From assembly GCA_958009085.1 (NCBI GenBank), contig OY253676.1, forward strand, positions 868,001 through 932,000: DNA of 64,000 bases, read 5' to 3'. Positions within the stretch are counted from its first letter, which is position 1. Each line of letters begins with the position of its first letter. A program made the translations under genes and the position numbers. The notes under the pieces were generated by a model. That model saw only the letters and a list, made by a program, of their open reading frames with translations, ran no database searches and was not told where the DNA came from. This document shows, in pieces, positions 37,168-50,147 of the stretch. This stretch comes from Protoeuglena noctilucae. Lineage: Eukaryota.

Positions 37168-38293
37168 ATGCTGACGGGCTTCTGTGGAAGGCGAGTCCCG
37201 TGTGGCACAAAGCCGCCGCGGGAGCTGCGGTGCGCGGCCCGCCTCACGCCTCGCCGCGTCATTGGCCCCCGCAGATCTCTTTTGGCCAGCGCGGTGTGCA
37301 CGCGACTTCCGAATCGCGGCGGGCCATGTCCGGCGTCGGGTGCGCCACCCGCACGTCGCGGGGACTTGCTCGTTGTTGCCATGGGGCGCCGGGCCGCTAA
37401 GATTGCGGCGCGCAAGGGGAAAAGTGACGCTCTGAAGGCGAAGCTCTACGGGAAGTTCGGCAAGCGCCTCGCCCAGTGCGTGCGCCAGGGCGGGAACGAC
37501 CCCACCCAGAACCTCGCGTTGGCGGACCTGATTGAGGAAGCCAAGGCTGCCCGCGGTGAGGGAGAAGAGGCACAGCGTGCTGCTCCATAGCTGCGCGGTC
37601 GAGGCTGAGTAAGTCACCTCTTCTGGCCATGCTGCTCCCAGTGCCCAAGGACATCATTGAGCGCAACATCGGCAAGGCATCCGAGGGAGCGGCAGCGGAC
37701 TTCAAGGAGATGGTGTACGAGGCGTACGGTCCCGGCGGCACGGGTTTCCTGGTCGAGTGCCTGACGGACAACGTCAATCGGTCCGCGTCGGACGTCAAGA
37801 GCGCCATCACGAAAGCAGGGGGCAAGTGGGCCGAGGCGGGCAGCGTCATGTTCAACTTCCAAAAGAAGGGTGTCTTGATGATCGGCGCGGAGGTGAGCCG
37901 CTGAGCCCCGTGGCATCTTCAACGGCCGGCGCTGGGCGCAAGGCGACACGAGCCACGGCGGTGTCCATCTTGCAAGCGCAGATAGACGAGGACGAGCTCT
38001 TCGAGAAGGCGCTGGACGCTGGGGCAGAGGATGTGGCGTGGGCCAGCGGGGAGGACAAGGACGCCGGGTACAAGGTCACGTGCGACATGGCGGACTTTGC
38101 GTCGGTGCGGGCGGCGCTGGTGGCCGCGGGGGTCCCTGTCCGCGCCGACGAGTCCGGCCTCATGTTCCTGGCGGCGGCCGAGGTCGAGACGGACGACGAG
38201 GCCTTCACCAAGTGCGAGGCCATGATGGAGCGGCTGCTGGATGTCGACGACGTGGATGCCGTCTACACCAACTGCGCGGGGCTGACGGCCTGA
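37168..38293 (+). CDS. YebC/PmpR/TACO1 family protein with transit peptide
   Basis: MGRRAAKIAARKGKSDA, VPKDIIERN, YEAYGPGG, VECLTDNVNR, DVDDVDAVYTN; 2 introns. Confidence 0.92.
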
Positions 38294-38331
38294 ACGCAAC
38301 AGCACGCAGCGCCTTTGGACCTGCTGCCGCC

Positions 38332-39836
38332 CTAGGCCGCTTTGGAGAAGTCCTCGTACGGCAGCCACACGTCTTGGGCGGCGCCGTCCCCGCCGTGACC
38401 CCCGACCCACACCCGCGCCCGGAACCCCGCAGTGTCAATCTTGTCCAGCACGCCCCGCTCCCCCGCGTGCACCCCTCGCAGCACGACCACCTCGCCGCCC
38501 TCCTTGGGCACCACCGTCTCGAGCTCGCACACGTCCACCTGCAGCACGTCCCCTGAGTCGAGCATCTCAATCTCCCCCACCACGCCCCGCAGCACCTGCC
38601 GCACCGCGCCCTTCTTCTTGTAGTACCCATGGTCCTTCAGCGCCTTGGACAGCACCTTGACCACGATGCCCTCCCGCAGCCACGACGACGGACCCGGCCC
38701 CGCCTCCGCGCCCGAGGGCCTCCCCCGCTCCTCCTGCCGCTGCGCGGTCCGCGCCTTCTTCGCCATCTCCTGTTCCATGATGGCCTCCAGCGCCGGCTTG
38801 CGCTTGGGGCCCTTCTCACCCTCGCGTGGCCCGCCCTCCGTGCCGTCGTCGTCCCCATCCCCAAACGCCGCCAGCTGCGCCGCCTTGGCCGCCGCGACGG
38901 CCCCGACCACGGGCTTCAAGCTCACGCGGATCGGATCCTCCACCGCGTCGAGCTTCAGCTCCGTCCCCTGCGGCCCAGGCCGGGGCGCCTTACGCATGAA
39001 TCAGCTCACCCATGCATGTCCCCCGCCAGTGCAGCGCCCGCGCTCCGTGGCCCACGCCATCCCTTACCTGCACGGGCCCCGCCTCGCCAGCCTCCGCCGC
39101 CTCCGCCCGCGCCCGCTCCACTTGGGCCAGGATCTCCTTCTGCCTACGCAGCTCGTTGGCCTCCTCCGCCGCGGCTCGTTTCGCCAGCTCGCTCTGCTGC
39201 ATGTGTCGGAAGGGATCCTCGACGACCAGCCTGCGTCCAGAGGATGCCGGGGAGTGCGTTGACAATGCAGGTCCCCAAGGCCCCACTTTGAGCGGCCATG
39301 AGACGCGGCTGCGCACCGAATAAACCAGCCCTTGTCCGTCTCCTCGACCTTGCACAGTCCCTCGCGCCCGAGGAACTTGACGAAGTCGGTCAGCGTCAGC
39401 CACTTGGTCGAGTTCATGTGCACGTGGTGGCGGTCCTGGATGACCTCCTGGTAGACCTCGTTCGCGTGCACCCGCGTGTTCGGGTGCGAGCGCCGCATGA
39501 CGTCGAGGAAGTCCTCCTGCGGATGGGCTCGGGGATGGGATGGGAAGGGGACCACGGCGCCCGCCTGAACCCCGCAAAGCACCGGAGCACCTCGCGCAGG
39601 CCCTGGCCGGGCCGTCTCACCAGGAACTGCGCCGAGAAGTCCTCCACGAACTTGTCAGGCGACTGTCCAAACAACATGATCTGCCGCTTGTGCCCCTCCG
39701 AGGTCAGGTGGCACTTGAAGCCGTTGGCGTCGCGGCACTGCTTCTTGCAGAGCTCGCAGTACCATCGGAGCTTCTGCAGCCCCTTCGCCTTGATGGCATT
39801 GGCGATCTGCTTGTGTATCGATTTCTCCTTCCCCAT
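38332..39836 (-). CDS. KIN17: DNA/RNA-binding protein KIN17
   Basis: KAKGLQKLRWYCELCKKQCRDANGFKCH, HVHMNSTKWLTLTDF, C-terminal KOW region WLREGIVVKV...YYKKKG...ETVVP. Confidence 0.95.
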
Positions 39837-40470
39837 CTCCTCGCCTCACAGGGGCCCACGGGCGTAAGCCACGTTTCCAGGAACGCTGGGCCGAGGAGCG
39901 GGTGCTCGTTACGCATAATAATGAACGGAGGCGCCCGGCGTGCCGGATGAAGCGCAGAACCGCCGGCACCTCGTGAAACCGCCATCTCTGGCACGAGCCA
40001 GTCTGTCTGTGCATCTCCCGCGTCGCCGCGGCCCCGCGCCCGGCCTTTTCGACGGTCTGCCCCTTTTCTTGGGTCGCCGGGGTCGTGTTCCGCCGGGAAC
40101 AGCGACGCAGGGGAAGTGACGGCCGGCCAAGAGCCTCACCGCAGGTGCGCGCCCGCGCCGACTCGCAGCGCTGGCCGGGGGCCATGACTGCGCTTCAGGC
40201 GCCCGCATGGCCCTCCCGCTACTCCGCTCGCCCATCTGCGGGGTCGGCCTCCGGGGAGCCCGCCTCGCTGCTGGTCCTCCGGGGGCAGTCGCTGGCCGAC
40301 GGGCATGCATGTCGCAAACGCATGCTGCGGGTATGCTCGCCTGCCCGCGCAGCCCCCCGGCGCCCGGTGGGGTGCGAGGGCGGCCAGGCGGGCTCCCCTC
40401 CCCGCCACGCCGCTCGCGATCGCGACCAACCCGGTGCTCCTTGCCCTTGGTGCAGAGAGGGAGAGCCGCG

Positions 40471-41378
40471 ATGGTCTCGGGCGCGCTGAAGTGGCGGCAG
40501 TACCACATTGTGGGCCGCCACCTGCCCACGGAGAAGAACCCGAACCCGGAGGTCTACCGGATGAAGATTTGGGCGACGGACGACGTCCGTGCTCGGTCCA
40601 GGTTCTGGTGAGGGTGGCCAGCGGCCTCGTCACGCGTGCGGTGGCGTCTCGGGGGCTCGCACGGCGGGCGGGGCTGCGGCTCTCCGCGGCTGCGTCGCCC
40701 ACCGAGGCATGCGCGCCCCCGGTCGCCTCCCTCAGGTACTTCCTGTCCAAGCTGTGCCGGGTGAAGAAGGCGAACGGCCAGGTCATCTCCTGCAACGAGA
40801 TCTCGGAGAAGAACCCGACCACGGTCAAGAACTTCGGCATCTGGGTGCGCTACCAGTCGCGCACGGGGTACCACAACATGTACAAGGAGTTCCGCGACAC
40901 GACCCTCAACGGCGCCGTCGAGCAGCTCTACAACGACATGGCGTCGCGCCACCGCGTGCGGTGAGGGCTGGGGCGGGTGGTGGGACGGTGGGCCCGGGCC
41001 CCTCGGGCTCTGCGAGGGCTGTCCACAGCCTTCTTTGGCGCGCGTGGCGCTGACCTCCCGCGTCCGCCCTCCCCCGCAGTGCCTCCCAGCTGCAGATCAT
41101 CAAGACGGCCCAGGTCCCCGCCGCCAACCGCCACATGGAGAACGTGAAGCGGTTTGTGGAGACCACCGCGTTCCCGCAGATCCGCAAGGTGTGTCCGGGG
41201 TACCGGGAGGGGGGGAGGGCCGAGCAAGGAGGCATGGCTGCCTGCGCGTTGGCCATCGTTGATGGCGACCGTGATGCGACTCTTTCCGCGCTTGCTTTCC
41301 GCGCAGATGAGCCGGCCGTCGTCTAAGACGTACAAGACCGTCTTCAAGGCCCGCCGGCCCAACATCGCGCTCTACTGA
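40471..41378 (+). CDS. RPL18A: 60S ribosomal protein L18a (eL20); probable 5'UTR intron about 40145-40455
   Basis: [62 protein letters not shown]; ends [11 protein letters not shown]. Confidence 0.96.
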
Positions 41379-41793
41379 GGCCTCGGTAGGGGTGCGCGGG
41401 TGGGGTGGCGCGTGCTGTCCCTTGCGGTCCAGCAGCTCGCCGCCGTTCCTTGATAGGGGGGCGCGAGCGAGGATGTGGCAACCAGTTTGATTTCCCTCCG
41501 CACATGGGTGGCTGTCGACGGCTTGATGGCAATGGTCGATGCCCTGGGAGACGGGAGCTCCATGAAGAGAGGATAGGCCAGGGGTCCGGGGAGGCATCGG
41601 TCGCCCCTGGTCGCCCTCTGTCAACTGCCGCACGAACAGGCTGCCAGTGGCTGTGACAGGCTGCGGTCATAGACTGGCCGACGCCAGCTAGGGCTTTCAC
41701 GCGGTGCCCTACCCGCTCGTGGAGTGTGCTAACCGAGCAGCGAGGACGTGGCTTCCACCCTGTGTAGAGGACACAACTGCGACAGGGCGTAGC

Positions 41794-43977
41794 ATGCGTG
41801 CGCCGTCGCGCTCAGGGCGGCCCGCCCTCGCGCTCTGCTGCTGGGTGAGTTTGCTGAGGATTCTGCAGCTGTTCATCGCGCTGCGCGTCTCTTCATCGCT
41901 CCTTATTCAAATTGCTGTCACCCGCACAGGTCCCCAACTTCGCGGAGGCGGCTCGCGAGGGTCCCGCCGCAAAGAGCGACAAAGGGTAAGGGCCCACGCG
42001 GCTGGAGGCGACGCAATTCAGGCGTTGTATGCGCAGCTTTCGTGTATGGCTCACTTTCAAGCAGACGGACGGCGTATATCACGCTAACGCGCGCTCTTTG
42101 GGGAACAAACCCAGTCCCCCTTCGTGGGCCTTTCCCCAGCTTCGCTGACTCCATCGACCCCGGGATCGTTGCTGTCCACGTCCAAGACGACGCAGTCGGG
42201 ACAAGTGACGCACAAGCGTCGGAACGCGCGGGGATCGACGTCGCGGGCGGAGCACGGTTTGGGGACGCTGAGGTTTGGGCTCCGGGCGCCGACGCTGCGC
42301 CAGAGGTGGCGGAAGCACACTCACCAGCGCGGAGGAGCGGCGATGCTGTCCGCGGAGGGGCGCTGCCAGGGACGCCGACGACGGCGGAGGCCGCTGGGCG
42401 GGGAGGCAGCGACGCGGACGCGGTCGGCAGCGTAGCGGGCAGGGGAAGCCACGATTTGGGCATCCGTGCCTGGGGTGCCAATGATGAACCGGAGAGGGGA
42501 GCGGCGCGACCGGCTGTCGGCGGTGGGGACACCCAGGTGGACGACTGGGTCTCTGCCGAGAGCAGCGGAGAGGAGGGACCTGCACTGCACAGCCACCAGC
42601 CTGCACGGGACATGCGCAGTCAAAACGGAGCTGGGGGCCGGTGAGGATGTCCATGGTTTCCTGCTTGCATGCGCCCTGGTTACACGAGACGCCTTGATGA
42701 TTGAGTACCTCATCACGCCGAACATCTCCCACTACACAGGGAGCAAGGCCACACGCCCAACCGCAAGAGGGATCCGCACGCGCCGCACGTCAGCTTGCGC
42801 GACGTTTTGAGGGGGTCCGCTGCGTCTTGTATCAGGTGAGATGCGCAGGGACAGGGATGGCCTGTCCCTGGCATGACCACGACCGCGGGGGCGTGCAACA
42901 CTTGCATGGCTGCCCTCGACCCGCAGCGTCGACATGGCCGCCAGTACCGCTGCCGTGTGCGGGTCGGGAGGTGCGCTGGCCCTGCTGGACCTCGTGGAGG
43001 GGCGGACGGTGCGTCTGATCGAGGGCGCAGTGGCCTCCCGGGGTGACGAGGGGGACCTGGAGGGAGGTGCCGACATCACGGCGTGCTGCATGGCCTGGGA
43101 TGGCACGGCGGTCGTCGCGGGGGACGCGGCAGGGTCGCTGGCGGTGTGGGGGACGCCGGAAGCGGAGGTGTCGTTGCGGTGGGCGGGGCACGCGTCGGCC
43201 GTGACGGGGTGCCGCCTGGCCCAGCGCGCCCCCGTGGTCCTGGCGACGACCAGCGCCGAGGGCGTCGCGATGTGGGACCTGGCCCGCCAGCCGGGGGTGC
43301 CCACGTGGCAGGGGCAACCGGGGGACGCGGCATGGGGCCTCGAGTCCACGTGCTGTGCCGTGAGCCACGACGGCCGTTTATTGGTCACGGGGTCGGACGA
43401 CGGCCGTGTGGTCCTGTGGGACCCGCGGGCGGGGAGCGCGCACGTCGCCTCGCTGGGGCGGCAGGGAAGCGGTCTGAGGGACAGTGCAGGGTGGGGAGGC
43501 AGCCCTGGGGCACGCCTGCGTGCCAGGCGGGGGGTCGCGGGGCGTTGGGAGCTTCTGCGGGACCCGTCCTTGGGGCCCATCAAGGGCGTGGACCTGGCGG
43601 CGGACGCCCCCACTCTCGTGGCCTGTGGGCTACGGGGCGTGTTTGTGTTTGACCTGCGGCAGGGGGGTTTAGCAAGCGCTGCGCACTGGGAGGGGGTGGG
43701 GGAGGAGGTGTCCAAGGTGGCGGCGGGCTGCTGCTGCGCCTCTCCCGCCGGCGACGTCACGGTCGCGGGCGATGGATTCGGCACCGTGGGGCTCTGGCGG
43801 CGGCAGGGAATCCCCCCAGGCAGTGCGGCCGATGTGGTGGGGACGTGGGAGCCCACTGCGCAGTTGCATGTGGGCGAGGGGGACGAGACGGTCGTGGGGT
43901 GCGAGGTGGCCGTCGAGGGGGGCTGGCTGGCAGCGTGCACCTTGACAGGGGACGTGCGCGTGTGGGCGGCCCCCTAG
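41794..43977 (+). CDS. WD40-repeat protein (start approximate)
   Basis: Last exon contains WAGHASAVTGC, VAMWDL, LLVTGSDDGRVVLWDPR, GDVRVW; upstream exons join in frame. Confidence 0.7.
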
Positions 43978-44160
43978 TGGGGCGGCAGCACGTCACGGCA
44001 CTTTGATTGAATGTCCTTCAGCCGAAGGCAAGCACCGCCACCCACAAAGGGCGCCCCGTGCGCCCTGTGAAGGCCGCTGTGTGCCCCCGGGGTTGCACCT
44101 AGCCACGAAGCTGCCCGCGCGGCAGCACTCCCACGTCGCAGCTGAGCCACATCTGCTGCT

Positions 44161-45050
44161 CTATTTCTTGGCAATCTTCTTGTTCGCGATGGTCTTCCTC
44201 TTGCCCTTGCGCGTCCGCGAGTTGGTCTTGGTGCGCTGGCCCCGCACCGGGAGACCCGCCACGTGCCTCCTCCCCCGGTAGCACCCGATCTGCGAGCGCG
44301 GAGGGAATCCCGAGCGCTCGCTCGCGGGCGTTGCCCCTGGCGGCATGCGTACACTGTCACCGTGCCCACCCAGCCCCAGGCCCCGCCCCCACCTCCGTCA
44401 GGCGCTTGATGTTGAGCGTGTTGAACCGGCGAAGATCCCCCTCCGTCATGTACTTGTCCACCTCCGCGCGGATGACGTTCAGGTCGTCCTCCGTCATGCT
44501 GTTGACCCGCGAGTTGGCCTCCATCTTGGTCTCCTGGAGGATCGCGCGGGCCGTCGTGGGCCCGATGCCGTAGATGTACGTCAGCGCCACCTCCAGGCGC
44601 TTCGCGTTGGGGATCTGGGCGACGCGGGGGGGCGGGGCCATCGGATGGCGGCGGCCGATGTGCGGACCGGGGGCAGCTCGCGCCCGCCGGTGAGCGTGGC
44701 CGGCGCAACGCCCCTGGTCACAGCATTTCCGCCCACGCAGTTTAGTGTTCTCGAGGACGGCGACCCCGGAACCCTCGGATTGGGCAGGGACGGAACAGCT
44801 AGCTGCGCAGACCAGCCGTGCCCTCTCACCTCCACGCCCCCGACACGCGCCCGACCGACAACAAGGTCCCCACGCCTCTCCGTGTGCCTCCCCGTCACGA
44901 AGGGAGACCGGAGCAGCGCCACCCGGCCAGAGGCCCCATTTGCGTGCACCACCTGCGAGCGGCAGCCAGGGGGGAGGGGTTCCGCGGGCGGACATCGCAC
45001 CCGCAGCACGCGGAGAAGATACGGGGTGCGGGAGAGCCCACGCCAACCAT
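44161..45050 (-). CDS. RPS13: Nucleus-encoded plastid ribosomal protein uS13 (start uncertain)
   Basis: [68 protein letters not shown]. Confidence 0.9.
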
Positions 45051-45770
45051 CGTCAGCGCGGGCCCGCGCGGCTTCCCAATGGTTGGGCAGCGCGGAGCCG
45101 GCCGGCGAGCCGGGGTCGCTTCGATGCTTTCGCCACGACGCGATGGATAACAAAACATGGATGGGCTCGAAACCGGTGACGGCCGTGCGTCCCGGCGAGC
45201 GCACGGCACGCTTGGCCGGCAGCCCCCGCCCTTTATCCGTCGGCTCGCGCGGAGAGGGCGGGAAGCGCGGCGACAGCGCGAACGAACATGCGGTACGGAA
45301 TGAAAAGCTCGCCGAGCGCGTGCTGGGGGCCCACGGCTGCGACGGCAGGCTTCCCGCAGAGCCAGGACTCACGCTGCAGGCAAGCTGGGGCGCCCTTGTC
45401 CCGGCCCGATGCTACTTTGACTCACCGTCGACGCAGACAGGCTAAGAGAGGAGAAGGCGGCGCACAGGGCGTGCGCCATCGTGCCACCCCTTCCCCGCCG
45501 AGCTCCGCTTAGGAAATCAAACAGGCGGAGAGCGCGCTGACGAATCTAATCGACGCACTCCGGGGCCGGCGCGGCCCAGCGGGCTCAGGACCAGGCTTTC
45601 AAACTCTGACACCCTCGAGTCAGGCAACCCAGGAAGCAACGAGGATGCCCGCGGGGCACCTTGCACTGCACAATCGAATTGCAGGGCCTTGGGGGGCGTC
45701 CGGAGGGGTTTGTGGCGCCCAGGGAGCTGAGCGGGCTCACTTCTAGGACGGCAGTGCGAAGGGGGGTCTG

Positions 45771-48455
45771 ATGGCCGGCTCTGCCGCGTTGCAGGACCTC
45801 GCGAAGGAGCTGGAGGAGCTGCGGGAACGGAGGATCCGGGTGACACCGTCTGCCTCGCTTCTTTCGAGCCTGTGGGCGGGATCCGCCCTTGGAAGCGCGA
45901 TGCCTGGTCCCCCGTGGCATCGCCCGCGTGCGGAGGGCTGAGGTGCGCGCTGTGGCACAAGATGGTCTCCCCCTAACTCTCTGCAGGAAGCGGAGGCGCA
46001 TCGGCATCGCCGCGCGCAGCGGCTTGGCATCCCCCTTCGGGATGCTCATGGTGGCCAGCCAGGCGGGCGGAAGCAGCCGGCGGCCATGGAGGAGCCGGTG
46101 CCTGTTTTCGCGTCTCACGCGAGCACTTGGAGGGATGACCCGACCTCGGGCGAGGCCCCAGGGCCTGAGCAGGACGAAGTGCGCCGGCCGCGCGTTGCGT
46201 CCGCCGTCGTGGTGCCACACGAGGACCGGGAGATAGGGAGAAAGAGGGGCCGCGAGCAGGCAACGACGCTGCGTGGGGGCGCATCGCCTGCATAGGGCCA
46301 GCGCTGCTTTGCTGGGACCGTCCATGTTACGACGCCGTGGCCCTCCCCCGCACTTGCTGCAGGCGCCTGCCCAGCCCCCCGCGAGTGAGCAGGACAAGAA
46401 GCGAGCGCGGCGTCTGCTGGGCGGTCTCCTCGTCGGGTCGCTGCAGCAGGCACAGCGCCGGGCAACGGAGGAGCAGCAGAGCGAGGTGGCACAGCGGCGC
46501 CGAGAGATCCTGAAGAAGGTTGACGAGAAGGCGGAGGAGGACGCCAAGAAGGTGATGAGGCCTGGCGTGACGCACGGTGGCATCTTCATGTTGCACGAGG
46601 CTGTCCCCAGTGTCGCCGGGCCCGCTGCAGTCACCGCGCCTGCCCCTCAGCAAAGCCGGGCGACGCCGCACTCCTCCCCTTTCCTGGCTCGCAGGCAGCC
46701 GTCGCGTACCGCGAGCGCGTCCGGCAGCAGAGCGCGGCTGCCCGCCGCGAGCGTGCGGAGAACCTCGCCAAGGAGAAGCAGATCGCCGCGGAGATCCGAT
46801 TCGTGAAGCAAGTGGAGCACGAGCGCACCCTGGTCCCCTTCCTGCGCACCCGCTGCAGCCGGCCCGCGCCCGTCTTCTGGCTGCCCAAGCGGACGGGCGA
46901 CGCCGCGCGCGACGCGTGGATCGACGCCCTGCTGGCGGCACGGCAGGTGGGTTGAGCAGGCACCTTTGCGTCTCGCGTCGGCGGCGCGGGCTGTGCTGCG
47001 CAGGCGCATCTGCACGCAAGGATCCCTCCCCGAATGCCCGGTGCCTGCAGGAGGAGTTTGCGGTGTGGGAGCGGGAGGGCCGCGATCGCCTGGAGACGAC
47101 CAAGGTGCGGATCAGGGATCGCGTGATGGGTGCCATGGCTAAGCACGGGGCTGACGACGAGGCCGGGGCTGGCCGGGAGAGGGGAGAGGAGGCAGAGGGG
47201 GGGCCGGTGGACGGTGAGCGTGAGGAGGGGGGTGCGAAGGGGAATGAGGAGGACGACGCCGGGGCGGAGGCGGCGGCGGACGCGGCGGCTGACGAGGCGG
47301 AGGCGGAGATGGCGGAGGAGGCGCGGCGGGAGGGGGCGGCAAGGGGCGGGGGAGAGGGGGCGGAGATTGAGCGTCAGGGCATGGAGGGCGAGCAGGTGGA
47401 CTACGGGGACGACGCGATGGAGTACGGGGAGCCCGGGCGGGATGCGCCGGGGGAGGGTGGCGGCGAGGGGTGGGCGGGGCAGGCAACACGGGGAGGGGTG
47501 ACGGAGGTGACCGGGGCGGGGGCTGGGATGTCGGGGGCTGGCATGTTGGGGCCCGTTGCGGCCCCTCGGTGGGTCTCTCACTGGGCATCCGTGTCAATTT
47601 GAAGATTGCATTCGCGTGTTGTTTTCTTGCCCAGGAGGACCGCCTTGCGATGGAGGAGATGGAGCGGGCGGCGGAGGAGGCCCGGAGGAAGAAGCGGGAC
47701 AGGTTCGCGCGGGCGCACCCGTCGGAGCGACTCATGGAGGGGCGGGGGGCAGGGTTGATGGAGGGGCGGATGGGAGGACCTACGGAGGGGCGGGGAGCAG
47801 CGCTTCCCAACACCTCCCGAGCCGGTGAGTGTCGAGCGTTTGCGACCCATGTGCAGTCCTGGCCGTGCCTGGTTGGGCGATGCAATTGGTGCGGTCAAGG
47901 GAGACGAGTGAGCATGCAAATGCGCTGCTTACGCAGGGGAGCCGGCCTGGGATCATGCGAGTGGGAGTTGGCGAGGGGCAGGAGGGAGGCAGGCACGGGG
48001 TGGTGGGGAGTGGGACGGCGGAATGGAGACGGGGTCCTGGGAGGAGGGCATGCGCAGAGAGGGTGGGAGACGCGGGGGCGAGGGCGCCTCGGTGCGGGAG
48101 GAGGGGCGGCGCGACGGCGCAAGGGCCGGCAACGGCCGGGCCGACAGTCCGGGGCGCGCGGGTCGTAGCGGCGACTGGCGGGACCGCAGCCGGGGAGAGA
48201 GGAGGAGCACAGACGGTGGCACGAGGGCGGGGAGGGACATCCGCGAGGTTGCTGAGGAGGGGGAGGTGGTGGCGCCGGACGTGGACGCCGAGGTGCGTGC
48301 CGAGTGTGCTTAGGGCATCTCTCTGTGGAGTCGCCTTAGAGCGACCGTGCACAGGGGTGCGAGGAAGGGACGCCTATCTATTTTCGTTGGCGCAGATGGC
48401 GGCGGTTGACAGAGAGCACGTGGAGGACCCACAGGGCGTAGAGGATCTGCTTTGA
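45771..48455 (+). CDS. Pinin/SDK/memA-domain protein
   Basis: DKKRARRLLGGLLVGSLQQA...FLRTRCSRPAPVFWLPKR matches the pinin motif pattern. Acidic and R/D/G-rich tail; probable CAG|GCAACG donor at 46260. Confidence 0.75.
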
Positions 48456-48704
48456 TGACTGGACGGGATGCAAGTGGCTGCATGCGGATTAAACGAGACG
48501 ACTCTGCATCGCGGTTCTTCCTGTGTGCACGCGCTGCTGTCGTCAGTGCCCTATGTCTCGACGCATCGTGTTTCATTGAAGCTTGGGTTTGGAAGGCATG
48601 GTGGAGTGCCTCAATCTAGAGACGAGCAGAAGCTGGAACAAGCACTCTTTGTCTTTGTCATCGTCCAGTCTCCTGGACGTTTGCTTCCGGTCGAGCGGGC
48701 TGTG

Positions 48705-49439
48705 ATGAGGCCTCTCGTGATCCTCGCCCAGCGATTCGCATGTGCGCCGGCCCCTCGCCCGCGTCTTTCGATCGTCCGCCCCCAGGCTCAGCAAAGGCAG
48801 CTGCAGGGGCGGCTCGCCAGGCCTGGCATCTCGCGTGATGTGCAAACCGCCGCTGTCGGCGCGGCGTCCGTGACTGAGGCCGCACAGCTGCAAAAGGTGC
48901 GATACCGATGCGATTTCGGTGCGGTTCCGGTGCCGATCCGCCAAAGAATGTGTTGCTAGGGTGCGATAACTCGACGAGGCGCTTGGCGAACAGCGAGCGA
49001 TGACTTTGCGAGGCGAGCTTGTCCCTCTCCTGCGCTGTAACGCCGCAGGATGGCTGGGAGCTGGTCGATGTGCGAACGGCGCTCGAGTTCCAGGACGGCC
49101 ACCCCGCGGGGGCAGTGAACATCCCTCTCCATCTGGGCAACATCTCGGAGCAGCGAATGGACCAGGACTTTGTGAAAAAGGTCGCGTCGCGCTTCCCCGA
49201 CAAGGTGACTCCTGATGCGGCAGCGCCGCGTTTGACTTCATCCGAGCGTCGGCATGTGCCCATTGCCATCTGCCCACGTGTGGCTCCAGGACGCCAAGTT
49301 ACTCATCAGCTGCCGGTCAGGGGCGCGCTCGGCCATGTCGTGCGGCCTGCTGGAGCAGCATGGCTACAAGAACCTCAAGAACGTGACGGGCGGCTTCAAC
49401 TCGTGGGTCCAGTCCCGACTGCCGACGCAAAAGGTCTAG
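48705..49439 (+). CDS. Single-domain rhodanese/sulfurtransferase with transit peptide
   Basis: LVDVRTALEFQDGHPAGAVNIP, active-site loop CRSGARS, NVTGGFNSW. Confidence 0.9.
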
Positions 49440-49452
49440 GTCGACGCGCACG

Positions 49453-49892
49453 TCATGCGCCTGGGCCGTCGTGGGGCCCTCCTGAACTGCCCTGGCCGCG
49501 CTGCTGAACCCACCAGGGCTGTGGATGAAACAGGCAACGGTCGCGGTGGATAGGCTGCTCACGCTGGACGGCTGTCCAGCTGCACCCCGACATCACCTGC
49601 CCCGTGCTGTCCGGCCCGATGTCCTTTGAACCCGTGTTGTTGTACACGCCTCTTCGATTCGCGCCGGGTGGGAGCGCCTCGCTGCGTACGGTCGGGGCAG
49701 GGCGCGCACTCGTCCAAAGCCACGCTTTGGACAGCTCTGTGGCAATGCGCGACGGCGGTGGACGCACCGGTAGTAGTCGACGCGGTTCCCCGATCTCCTC
49801 AGGAGCAGAGGGTACGCGAAAACGGATCCGACAATGAGTGCACCGCCTACTGCAAACAACGCGACCTCTACCGCGGCCTTCCGCCTGACCAT
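49453..49892 (-). CDS. Small single-TM protein (~90 aa)
   Basis: MVRRKAAVEVALFAVGGALIVGSVFAYPLLL..YYR|EALPPGANRRGVYNNTGSKDIGPD; GT-AG introns join in frame. Confidence 0.65.
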
Positions 49893-50147
49893 GGCCCTGA
49901 GGCGCCTCCGCGTAAGAGGTAGGCGACTCCACGGGGGTTGTCAGATGCAGGGGAGGGAACTGGAACGGGGTTTGCGCTGCTTCAGCGAATGCCAGTCATT
50001 TCTCCCGAGTCAGCGTGTTTTACTGCTCTGCCTCCCGGAGGGGTGCTTTGAGATCTGTCACGCAGAATTTGATGGTCGCTTAGAGCTAGCAGGTGGCTTC
50101 TTGCCGCGTTCCTGCCTGCGGCGACCACAGGGAGGGGATATGGCACC

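Noticed and set aside
40145..41306. Intronic snoRNAs in the RPL18a gene
   Set aside because: No convincing C/D or H/ACA box pair seen by eye; a covariance-model search would be needed.
9840..45050. S11 and S13 as a remnant of the bacterial rpsM-rpsK operon or an organellar DNA insertion
   Set aside because: They are 34 kb apart, both have introns and targeting peptides, and they probably serve different organelles.
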